Source: a bacterium | GTDB lineage: Bacteria; Patescibacteriota; Microgenomatia; Woykebacterales; RBG-16-39-9b | Length of the DNA stretch: 64,000 bases | NCBI GenBank assembly: GCA_030704665.1 | Contig: JAUYID010000009.1 | Coordinates: 64,163-128,162 of the forward strand | Reading direction: 5' to 3' | Shown: in pieces, positions 54,006 through 61,678 of the stretch | How the letters are laid out: every line of letters begins with the position of its first letter | Numbering within the stretch: the stretch's first letter is position 1 | The notes under the pieces: generated by a model | Databases searched by the model: none | Seen by the model: the letters and a program-made list of their open reading frames with translations, nothing else | What the model was told of the DNA's origin: nothing | Translations under genes and position numbers: made by a program

Positions 54006-54041
54006 TAAAAGGAATGGTATAATAAATTTTAGCTGTTGAAC

Positions 54042-54117
54042 TTGTAGCTCAGCGGTTAGAGCACCATTTAACACTTGCTGGGTCAGTAGCTCAGCGGTTA
54101 GAGCACCACTCTTATAT
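54042..54117 (+). repeat. two tandem 5'-fragment copies of the tRNA-Ile(TAT) gene
   Basis: 54042-54064 repeats the D-arm (GTAGCTCAGCGGTTAGAGCACCA, 23/23 identical). 54084-54117 repeats from the D-arm to the anticodon loop (34/34 identical) and breaks inside CTTATA|T. Confidence 0.55.
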
Positions 54118-54133
54118 CTTGCTTGGGCACCGA

Positions 54134-54209
54134 TTGGATCGGTAGCTCAGCGGTTAGAGCACCACTCTTATAAAGTGGGGGTCCTTGGTTCAAATCCAAG
54201 CCGATCCAC
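54134..54209 (+). tRNA. tRNA-Ile(TAT), intact copy
   Basis: Acceptor GGATCGG/CCGATCC, D-arm GCTC-AGCGGTTA-GAGC, anticodon stem CCACT/AGTGG with loop CT-TAT-AA, T-arm CTTGG-TTCAAAT-CCAAG, discriminator A, CCA encoded. Confidence 0.7.
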
Positions 54210-54274
54210 CATAGTCTTTACTGACTGATCAAAGTGGGAGAAAAGCAAGATAATGAGTAAGATGTATTCTTGCG

Positions 54275-54392
54275 AATATAAAGTGGGGGTCCTTGGTTCA
54301 AATCCAAGCTGACCCACCAGAGTCTTAATTGACTGATCACAGTGGTTCTCCAGCAGTAATTTTAGTGGAAGGTCCTTGGTTCAAATCCAAGC
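54275..54392 (+). repeat. two 3'-half copies of the tRNA-Ile(TAT) gene (att-like scars)
   Basis: 54275-54317 is identical over 32 nt (TATAAAGTGGGGGTCCTTGGTTCAAATCCAAG) to the intact gene from the anticodon loop onward, then carries a variant acceptor CTGACCCACCA. 54362-54392 is a second, shorter copy (AGTGGAAGGTCCTTGGTTCAAATCCAAG). Confidence 0.55.
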
Positions 54393-54481
54393 AAGTTCGA
54401 TAGCACCTTATATCGCGCTAAAGGTAATTCTGAAGAATTGTTAAAATTAGATGCGCGCGATATTTTGTCGATTACGCCAAA

Positions 54482-54892
54482 ATGAAACTATCCTACGCAC
54501 TTGTAGCTGATCACGCTTTTTTGTCAATTGATAAAAAGGTAAATATTATCGGAATTTTTGAGACGATCAACTCAGTCTCTTTTCCGGTGATCCATCCAAA
54601 ATTTGTTGTGGTTGGTTCGATCGAGCCGAGTCAGCAGACTTTCAAAATGGCCCTCAATATCGCAGATGCCATGACCGGACAGAGCATTATCGACAACTCT
54701 ACCGAAAGAGAAATTAAACTTCCACCCAATCAGATCAATGCCAACTTCAACTTCATCATCGAAATAGTAAATATTAATTTCAGAGCCGCCGGAAACTACC
54801 GGGTCGAGATCCTCATCGATGGACAAAAGCTTGGCGAGGTCCCCTTGAAAGTGGTTCAAGCCCCAACTCCGATCGATTCACCTCAGGCTTAG
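54482..54892 (+). CDS. hypothetical protein (element cargo)
   Basis: 136-aa ORF with no recognised motif. Confidence 0.45.
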   Translation: MKLSYALVADHAFLSIDKKVNIIGIFETINSVSFPVIHPKFVVVGSIEPSQQTFKMALNIADAMTGQSIIDNSTEREIKLPPNQINANFNFIIEIVNINFRAAGNYRVEILIDGQKLGEVPLKVVQAPTPIDSPQA

Positions 54893-54959
54893 GCTTTACT
54901 TCCAGCAAACAAATTTCTAAAATAGCGTTGACCGAATCTGCAAGCAAGGGAGGGGAGAG

Positions 54960-55187
54960 ATGGTTAAGGCACTACTACCCGAGACTAAGGTTGAGGGTTG
55001 GCTCGACACCAACGAGGCGGCGGCTCTGCTTGGTGTTCACCCGCAAACAGTACGAGTGTTGGTGCGCAAGGGTAAGCTAGAAGCCACTCACTTGAACAGC
55101 TCTCGACTTGTTTTTGAGGAAGCTAAAGTCGAGAAGTTCAAAGGCGGTTACAAACCAAGGAAACCAGAGAGGAGGGTTTTAAGGTGA
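54960..55187 (+). CDS. excisionase-like helix-turn-helix DNA-binding protein
   Basis: LDTNEAAALLGVHPQTVRVLVRKGKL is an HTH_17/Xis-type motif. Confidence 0.55.
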   Translation: MVKALLPETKVEGWLDTNEAAALLGVHPQTVRVLVRKGKLEATHLNSSRLVFEEAKVEKFKGGYKPRKPERRVLR

Positions 55188-55426
55188 CTAAGAAAAACTT
55201 AGCCGACTACCTTACGGTTAAGCAGGTGGCTGAGGAGCTAAGTGTTCAACGACGAACAGTACTAAGACAGATCAAAGCCGGCAATCTCAAGGCCTTTTGG
55301 TTTGGAAGAGGTTTTCTGGTCGAGAAAAAGGAGCTGGAGCGTTTTAGGAAGACCTACAAAGGGAGAGTCGGGCATCCGCGAGTTGAGGTAGAGGGGCTAG
55401 GGGCTTGGCTTGATAAATTGAGCTGA
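55184..55426 (+). CDS. excisionase-like helix-turn-helix DNA-binding protein
   Basis: LTVKQVAEELSVQRRTVLRQIKAGNLKAF is an HTH_17/Xis-type motif. Overlaps the upstream stop (GTGA). Confidence 0.6.
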   Translation: MTKKNLADYLTVKQVAEELSVQRRTVLRQIKAGNLKAFWFGRGFLVEKKELERFRKTYKGRVGHPRVEVEGLGAWLDKLS

Positions 55427-55431
55427 GCCTC

Positions 55432-56304
55432 TTAGAGTTCGTCAAGTTTGATCGGTTCTTCGAGTCTTCCTTGAATTAAATTCAAATATTTCTCGGTAGT
55501 TGCTAATCTTTTGTGGCCAGCGAGCTTGCTGACGAGAACCAGAGAAGTGCCAGCCATGAGGTGATGGGCGACAAAAGTGTGGCGCAGATCATTCACTTTA
55601 GCGTCTTTAATGCCAGCAAGTTTGAAGTAGCGGTCGATTGCAGTTCGAATATTGCGCACAAGTAAGGGGCGACCGGTTTTGGTAACAAACAAAGTTTCAT
55701 CTTTGGTATTGGGTCGAATTTCCAAATACTTTTTTAGAGAAACTTCAGCAGCTTTGTTCAAAGGGACAGTCCTTTCTGGGTAACTTTCTCCCGCCGGAAC
55801 GTGAATTTCCCCTATCTTTGAGTTTTCAGAAAAGTGCAGATCGTCCATCTTTAGTTTCGCGAGCTCCCCAATTCGAATTCCAGTTTGCAAGAGAACCTCA
55901 ATGATGGCACTGATACGAATATCAGCCCGAGCCGCGTCTCGCAGCGCGCGGTACTCCATTTTGGAAAGAATTCTCGGTGGTTTCATTTCAAATTTGGGGT
56001 GTTCAAGTAGGGAAGCGGGGTCATCGGTCAAAACATCGGTGACTTTGAGAAAACGGAAGAAAGTCTTGGTTGAGTTGGTTTTTCGAGAAATACTTTTTGG
56101 AGTGTAGCCTTCCTTGGAAAGTTTGGCCATGAAAGCGCGCAGATCTTTGGTATCAATACCTTCAATTTCAGCTTTTTTTAAGCTAGCAAGAAAATTTACC
56201 AGCTGTTCAATATCTTTCCCATAGGCCAAAACAGTCGCACTGCTGCGACCTTGACTCTTTAAATGGTCAACAAATTTGGCATGGGCTTCGTGGAGTTTTG
56301 TCAT
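55432..56304 (-). CDS. tyrosine-type site-specific recombinase/integrase
   Basis: N-terminal SAM-like core-binding domain. C-terminal catalytic residues R (LRDAARA), HxxR (LRHTFVAHHL) and the nucleophile Y in EKYLNL. Confidence 0.85.
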   Translation of the reverse strand: MTKLHEAHAKFVDHLKSQGRSSATVLAYGKDIEQLVNFLASLKKAEIEGIDTKDLRAFMAKLSKEGYTPKSISRKTNSTKTFFRFLKVTDVLTDDPASLLEHPKFEMKPPRILSKMEYRALRDAARADIRISAIIEVLLQTGIRIGELAKLKMDDLHFSENSKIGEIHVPAGESYPERTVPLNKAAEVSLKKYLEIRPNTKDETLFVTKTGRPLLVRNIRTAIDRYFKLAGIKDAKVNDLRHTFVAHHLMAGTSLVLVSKLAGHKRLATTEKYLNLIQGRLEEPIKLDEL

Positions 56305-56635
56305 ATTTCTAGCAGTCTATTTGAATTGTACCAATTTGGAATAGCACCTGTCAAGAGACTATAGGGTACTTGCTGGAAGCAAGTTCCCTGCGAAAGCTAA
56401 AGCTTTCTTAGGTCACTAGGGGTAATGTCCTACCGTAAATCAGATGCTGCCTAATCTGCGCTCAAGCATAGTCTGACGACTATTTGCTTGATCTTAGGGT
56501 TTCTAAGAAACAAACCACCGAAAATCCTTGATAGCAACTTCGTCAACAGTTTTAAGTTATAAGGGCGCAAAGCATATGTAGCCATAACCTAGAGTTTGGG
56601 TCAGATTGTTAGCTTTGTCTTGGTATAATTAGAAA

Positions 56636-56974
56636 GTGAAGAAAACTGCCCAACTCATTTTTGTGCTCGTGCTTCTTCTTACCAGCTTTTCCCTGCTTCG
56701 CAGTGTCGTTGCTTCCTATCAAAAAATGGGAAGTTTGAACTCAACTCAGAAACAAATAAACGCCTTGCGGGACGAAAAGGAGAGACTAAAGGCAGAGAAA
56801 GAGTATCGGCAAACACCCTTTTATATTGAAAAAACAGCTCGGGATAGTCTCGGTCTAGGAAAAAACGGGGAAACTGTTTTGGTTTTGACACAACCGGCAA
56901 CAAGTTCTGCCTTGACGAAAAGTAAAATACCTCAGTCCAACTTGGAGGCTTGGTTCGATCTTTTCTTCAACTAA
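56636..56974 (+). CDS. septum-formation initiator family protein (FtsB/DivIC/FtsL-like)
   Basis: Single N-terminal TM helix followed by a coiled-coil (QINALRDEKERLKAEKEY). 112 aa. Confidence 0.6.
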   Translation: MKKTAQLIFVLVLLLTSFSLLRSVVASYQKMGSLNSTQKQINALRDEKERLKAEKEYRQTPFYIEKTARDSLGLGKNGETVLVLTQPATSSALTKSKIPQSNLEAWFDLFFN

Positions 56975-57028
56975 GAAAAAATTTGACTCTTCAAAGCTAA
57001 AATGGTAGAGTACGAACACTTAGTTCAC

Positions 57029-57103
57029 CGCGGGTGGGGGGTATAGCATCCCGCGAGGCTCATAATCTCGCTTAAGCCGGTGCGAATCCGGCACCCGCAA
57101 CCA
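57029..57103 (+). tRNA. tRNA-Met(CAT) with initiator-like features (C1:A72 mismatch, A73)
   Basis: Acceptor CGCGGGT/ACCCGCA with unpaired C1-A72 as in bacterial tRNA-fMet. Anticodon loop CT-CAT-AA. T-arm GCCGG-TGCGAAT-CCGGC. Ends AACCA. D-stem GGGG/TCCC. The anticodon stem lacks the canonical three G-C pairs, so initiator identity is tentative. Confidence 0.6.
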
Positions 57104-57160
57104 ATACAAACCGTTCCCTAAAGGAGCGGTTTGTGCGTTTCAGAGTTGTGGGTTGGAAAT

Positions 57161-57235
57161 TGGTGGCTGCGGCTGGATTTGAACCAGCGACCAACGGCTT
57201 ATGAGTCCGCTGCTCTACCACTGAGCTACGCAGCC
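57161..57235 (-). tRNA. tRNA-Met(CAT) (elongator Met or lysidine-modified Ile2)
   Basis: The reverse complement folds with acceptor GGCTGCG/CGCAGCC, D-arm GCTC-AGTGGTA-GAGC, anticodon loop CT-CAT-AA (A31:G39 mismatch), T-arm GCTGG-TTCAAAT-CCAGC, and CCA. Confidence 0.7.
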
Positions 57236-57289
57236 AAATTGATTTTCTGCGGTTTGCATTATATAGTTTAAACTTAATTCAGACAAGTT

Positions 57290-57616
57290 ATGAGTGAAAT
57301 TTCTTTTGAAGAATTTCAAAAACTAGATTTAAAAGTTGGCAAAGTCATTTCCGCCGAACCAATTGAAGGTTCAAGTAAGCTGCTTAAGCTCAAAGTAGAT
57401 TTTGGCCTTGAAAACAGACAAATCCTTTCGGGGATTGCGGAGTTTTACAAACCAGAAGAACTGATCAACAAAAATTTTGTTTTCATCACCAATCTTGAGT
57501 CTCGCAAGATGATGGGTCTGCAAAGCCAGGGGATGATTCTTTGCGCTGATGTCGCTGGAAGAGCAGTTTGTTTATCCCCGGTGGATAATGTCCCTGCTGG
57601 GACTCCGATTCACTAG
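57290..57616 (+). CDS. tRNA-binding domain protein (CsaA/Trbp111-like, Myf/EMAP OB-fold)
   Basis: LDLKVGKVISAEPIEGSSKLLKLKVDFG...GMILCAD matches the C-terminal tRNA-binding domain of MetRS/PheT. Confidence 0.7.
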   Translation: MSEISFEEFQKLDLKVGKVISAEPIEGSSKLLKLKVDFGLENRQILSGIAEFYKPEELINKNFVFITNLESRKMMGLQSQGMILCADVAGRAVCLSPVDNVPAGTPIH

Positions 57617-57987
57617 CAATTTGGGTTTGCAGACTGGTTTAAAGAAAAGTTATCCCCGTTTTTGAGAACTGTATTTTCATTTCCAGTCTTGATAATTACT
57701 GAGTTAGGACTACAAAAAGCGTACTGAAAAGTAGTTAAATCCAGCCCAGCTGAGTCAATTTCTTTTAAGGTTTGGGGGTAGACGCCGTTTTCGGAAAAGT
57801 AAAGATTAAGTTTGGTAGCCAAAATTTTTAAATTAGCTTTGTTTTTGATAGAAATAGCAGTCGCAACTGTTTCTTTCGCCCCACCTGCTTTGCTAGTTTG
57901 ACCCAGTTGGTTAGTAGCTAAGAACGCAATTAAAACCACCCCAACAAGCAGACTGAATATTCCTAAGACAGCAAGAGCCCTCATCAC
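57613..57987 (-). CDS. hypothetical membrane-anchored protein
   Basis: N-terminal TM helix MMRALAVLGIFSLLVGVVLIAFLA. No pilin GFTLIE motif. Confidence 0.4.
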   Translation of the reverse strand: MMRALAVLGIFSLLVGVVLIAFLATNQLGQTSKAGGAKETVATAISIKNKANLKILATKLNLYFSENGVYPQTLKEIDSAGLDLTTFQYAFCSPNSVIIKTGNENTVLKNGDNFSLNQSANPNC

Positions 57988-58318
57988 AATTATTATAGCG
58001 CTGATTTGACAAAAATTCTTAGCTTTGCTAGAGTCTTTCTCACAATGATGACAAACTTAAACCATTATTGGCCAGACTCTTCCAACTAAGTTGGCGGTTT
58101 TGTTGTGCCTTGGTTTAAGTTTCTTCTAAAATAATTTTCCAAAACAAAGACATTACAAAATTCGCTAACAGGCGAATTTTTTGATGGCCAAAAGGTTATC
58201 AACAGTTTGAAAGGTAGAGAGAATGTGTGACTGCATTGGTCCACGCTTCGATCCGTAGGTTTTCAGGGAGACGTCCCTGTTTTCCGAAGCAGATCTTGAA
58301 AGGAAAGGAGGTGATAGC

Positions 58319-58408
58319 ATGGAAAAGCGACCGTACAGCCACGGCCGCGCCTCGTGGGGTCCGCACAGCTACGGCAGTGCACCCTGGGCCCTGCATTGCA
58401 ACCGGTAA
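58319..58408 (+). CDS. candidate 29-aa small ORF inside a high-GC structured intergenic block
   Basis: ATG preceded by AAAGGAGGTG 6 nt upstream, encoding MEKRPYSHGRASWGPHSYGSAPWALHCNR. Could equally be part of a structured RNA. Several overlapping alternate-frame ORFs in the track cover the same block. Confidence 0.25.
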   Translation: MEKRPYSHGRASWGPHSYGSAPWALHCNR

Positions 58409-58671
58409 GATGAGATGAGGCCAAAAACGCACGGGCGACTTGCATTCCCGCGAAGGTCAGCTTGTCGCCCGTACGGGTCTCATTCTATCACAGCCGTTGC
58501 AAAGCGAAGAGAGGAGGCTAAACACAAAAAGTTTAACCTCCTCTCAAAGACAAAAAGAGTTTTAGTTGCTATACTTTGTGTAATTCTAGAAATTATACCG
58601 ACCTAAAGGTAGTTTTGAAAAACTAAAAGGTTATTATGTGCGGTCGATATAATGTTCGTTAAACTCACATT

Positions 58672-59661
58672 ATGAAAAGAATTTTGACAGGTGACCGCCC
58701 CACTGGAAAACTACATCTAGGCCACTACGTGGGCTCTCTAAAAAACCGTTTAGCACTTCAGGACGAATACGAAGTGTTTCTTCTTGTAGCGGATTTACAT
58801 TCTCTGACTACAAAAACCGATACCACTGAACTTAAAGAAAATATTAAAAACTTAATTCTTGACCAACTCGCAATCGGAATTGACCCAAACAAGGTTACCT
58901 TTTGTTTGCAAAGTGCGATTCCTGAGGACACAGAGCTTGCAAGTATTTTTTCAATGTTAGTGACAAAAAATCGACTGGAAAGAATTCCAACCTTGAAAGA
59001 TGTTCTTCGTGATTTAAAAATTGAAAACCCTACACTTGGACTTCTTTCCTACCCAGTGCTTATGAGTGCAGATATTTTAATGATAAGAGCGAATGTTGTT
59101 CCAGTAGGCAAGGATCAGGCTAGCCACGTGGAAATAACCCGGGAAATTGCCGAGAGGTTCAACTCTACTTACGGAAAGGTTTTTCCAGTTCCTGAAGCTT
59201 TGATTCCAGAAGGGCTTGGAACTTTACCGGGAATTGATGGAAAAGCAAAAATGAGCAAATCTTTGGGCAACGCGATTTACCTTTCTGACTCTGCTGAAGA
59301 AGTAAAAAAGAAGGTTAACTCAATGTATACAGACCCCAAACGTATCAAGCCTACCGATCCCGGAACAGTCGAAGGCAATCCGGTCTTTATTTATCACGAT
59401 GCCTTCAACTCCAACAAAGAAGAAGTAAACGCTCTAAAAGAGCGCTACCGAGAGGGAAAAGTAGGGGACGTTGAAGTCAAAGAAAAACTGGCTCAAGCTT
59501 TGAACGATTTTCTTGCTCCTATTCGAGACAGACGAGCTGAGTTTGAAAAAGAACCTGAAGTGATTGATGAGATCCTTAAATCGGGAACCGAAAAAGCGAG
59601 AAAAGAAGCTTCAGAAACCTTAAAACTAGTCAAAGAAGCAATGTCTTTACCCAATTTTTAG
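58672..59661 (+). CDS. trpS: tryptophan--tRNA ligase
   Basis: Class I HIGH (TGKLHLGHY) and KMSKS motifs. 329 aa. Confidence 0.9.
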   Translation: MKRILTGDRPTGKLHLGHYVGSLKNRLALQDEYEVFLLVADLHSLTTKTDTTELKENIKNLILDQLAIGIDPNKVTFCLQSAIPEDTELASIFSMLVTKNRLERIPTLKDVLRDLKIENPTLGLLSYPVLMSADILMIRANVVPVGKDQASHVEITREIAERFNSTYGKVFPVPEALIPEGLGTLPGIDGKAKMSKSLGNAIYLSDSAEEVKKKVNSMYTDPKRIKPTDPGTVEGNPVFIYHDAFNSNKEEVNALKERYREGKVGDVEVKEKLAQALNDFLAPIRDRRAEFEKEPEVIDEILKSGTEKARKEASETLKLVKEAMSLPNF

Positions 59662-59756
59662 ACCCTCCTAAAAACACTTGGCAATCTTGCCCCCGCAATA
59701 TATAATGCTTCAACGTATCCAGCTTTACAATTATTATTTGAGATCAAATTAAACCA

Positions 59757-61628
59757 ATGTTGGATGAAATAAAAAACAAAAAACCAAAGCCGAATAGTTC
59801 CTGGAAAAACTTGGGAGTCTATTTTCTCATTATCTTGGTGGGAAGTCTGATCATCTACGGGTTCTTTCAACCCAAAGATACAGGAGCGCAAAAAGATCTT
59901 TCCGAAGTGATTAAATTGATCAAAGATGACAAAGAGAAGAAAGTCACCATTGATGGTGACAATATTACCCTTGAGCTCAAGGATGGAAGCAAAGTCCAGA
60001 CCAGAAAAGAAAGGGATCAAAGTTTCATTCAGACGCTGGCTGCGGCTGGGATCAAGCCCCAGGACGTTCCCTTCAATGTCAAAGACAACTCAGCTTCAGA
60101 CACAATCCTCAGTCTTCTAAGTTTATTTTTGCCAGTCATCCTCATCGGAGCTTTCTTTTTCTTTATCATGAGACAAGCTCGAGCTCAGGGAGACAGTTTG
60201 CTGTCTTTTTCTAGATCCAGGGCCAAAACCTTCAATCGCGACAAACCAGGGGTGAAGTTTGCTGACGTGGCTGGGGTTGATGAAGCCAAGCAAGAACTAC
60301 AAGAAGTGGTTGAGTTTCTCAAGACTCCGGAGAAATTCCGTGCTTTAGGAGCCAAAATTCCCAAAGGGGTGCTCCTTATTGGCCCAGCTGGGGTAGGGAA
60401 AACCTTGCTTGCCCGAGCAGTAGCTGGAGAAGCTGGGGTGCCATTCTTTTCAATTGCGGGTAGTGAATTTATGGAAATGCTTGTCGGAGTTGGGGCCAGC
60501 CGAGTACGTGACCTTTTTGAAACGGCCAAAAAAGACGCCCCAGCGATTGTCTTTATTGACGAAGTTGACTCGATTGGTCGGCAGCGTGGTTTGGGTATCG
60601 GTGGCGGCCATGATGAGCGTGAACAAACCTTAAACCAAATTCTCGTTGAAATGGATGGTTTTGAACCCAATGTCAATGTAATTGTCATGGCCGCCACTAA
60701 CCGGCCGGACATGCTTGACCCGGCACTGGTGCGACCAGGCCGTTTCGACCGAAGAGTCGCTCTTGATTTACCAGATATCAAAGGCCGAAAAGCGATTGTT
60801 GATATTTATGCTAAAGGAAAACCAATGGCCAAAGAAGTCGATAGAGAAAGAATTGCTCGCCGTACCGTTGGTTTTTCCGGGGCAGACCTTGAAAATATGC
60901 TAAATGAAGCTGCGATTTTAGCGGCTCGTGAAAACAAGCGAGAAGTTGACAACAAAATTTTGGAAGAAGCAGCCACCAAAGTTCAGCTTGGTCCCCAGCG
61001 TCGTCGTATGACTAGTGATGAAGAAAAAAGGATCACTGCTTATCATGAAGGGGGGCACGCCGTGGTGACGAAACTTCTTCCCCACATGGACCCGGTCCAC
61101 CGAATTTCGATCGTTGCACGTGGGGCAACGGGAGGGCACACGATGATTCCACCAGCAATTGATCGCTACAACGAAACCAGAACTCGGCTTTTGGAAACGA
61201 TTACCTCCTTACTTGGAGGCCGCGCGGCGGAAGATATTGAGTTTAACGACTTCACTGTTGGAGCTTCTTCAGACATTGAAAGGGCGACGGAAATTGCTCG
61301 CCAAATGGTGACCAAATTTGGTATGAGTGACCTCGGACCAATGACTATGGGGACTCAGGGGGAAAACCCTTGGATTGCCCGTGAAGTTGGCGAAGGCAAG
61401 GCTTTGTCTGAAGAGCTGGCGGCCAAGGTTGACGATCGGGTCAAAAAGATTATGGACGAGCAGTTTGTGATAGCTAAAAGATTGCTTAAAGAAAATAAGG
61501 AAAAACTTGATCTTGTTGCGAAAGAATTGATCAAAAAGGAGACGCTTGAAGGTGATGAGTTTGAAGAGCTAATGACCCGCGGGGAGGCTCTTCACCAGGT
61601 GCGGGACAACATCACCAATACCAATTAA
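59757..61628 (+). CDS. ftsH: ATP-dependent zinc metalloprotease FtsH
   Basis: Two N-terminal TM helices. AAA+ Walker A GPAGVGKT, Walker [12 protein letters not shown]. Zn protease HEGGHA motif. Confidence 0.9.
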   Translation: MLDEIKNKKPKPNSSWKNLGVYFLIILVGSLIIYGFFQPKDTGAQKDLSEVIKLIKDDKEKKVTIDGDNITLELKDGSKVQTRKERDQSFIQTLAAAGIKPQDVPFNVKDNSASDTILSLLSLFLPVILIGAFFFFIMRQARAQGDSLLSFSRSRAKTFNRDKPGVKFADVAGVDEAKQELQEVVEFLKTPEKFRALGAKIPKGVLLIGPAGVGKTLLARAVAGEAGVPFFSIAGSEFMEMLVGVGASRVRDLFETAKKDAPAIVFIDEVDSIGRQRGLGIGGGHDEREQTLNQILVEMDGFEPNVNVIVMAATNRPDMLDPALVRPGRFDRRVALDLPDIKGRKAIVDIYAKGKPMAKEVDRERIARRTVGFSGADLENMLNEAAILAARENKREVDNKILEEAATKVQLGPQRRRMTSDEEKRITAYHEGGHAVVTKLLPHMDPVHRISIVARGATGGHTMIPPAIDRYNETRTRLLETITSLLGGRAAEDIEFNDFTVGASSDIERATEIARQMVTKFGMSDLGPMTMGTQGENPWIAREVGEGKALSEELAAKVDDRVKKIMDEQFVIAKRLLKENKEKLDLVAKELIKKETLEGDEFEELMTRGEALHQVRDNITNTN

Positions 61629-61678
61629 TTTAAAGCTCTTTTCGTCAAAGTAAAATTCAGTTAGAATTCCTTGCAGCT

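Larger units (their letters stand above)
54210..56330. mobile_element. putative tyrosine-integrase integrative element adjacent to tRNA-Ile(TAT)
   Basis: A tyrosine recombinase (55432-56304, minus strand) and two excisionase-like HTH genes lie with cargo just 3' of a tRNA that is flanked by partial copies of itself. Boundaries were not resolved. Confidence 0.4.

Noticed and set aside
54042-54117. The two upstream tRNA-like segments as independent tRNA genes
   Set aside because: Neither has a T-arm or acceptor 3' strand. They are exact partial copies of the 5' portion of the tRNA-Ile(TAT) gene.
58200-58520. RNase P RNA, SRP RNA or 6S RNA as explanations for the GC-rich intergenic block
   Set aside because: None of the universally conserved RNase P P4 strings (AGGAAAGUCCGGGCUCC / ACAGAAACCCGGCUUA), the SRP domain-IV GGAA/AGCAG motifs or 6S features could be found by eye. 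It is left as an unexplained structured region.
60185-60781. 198-aa minus-strand ORF
   Set aside because: It is embedded antisense in the highly conserved ftsH AAA+ domain. Its product is a Ser/Arg/Pro-rich artefact.
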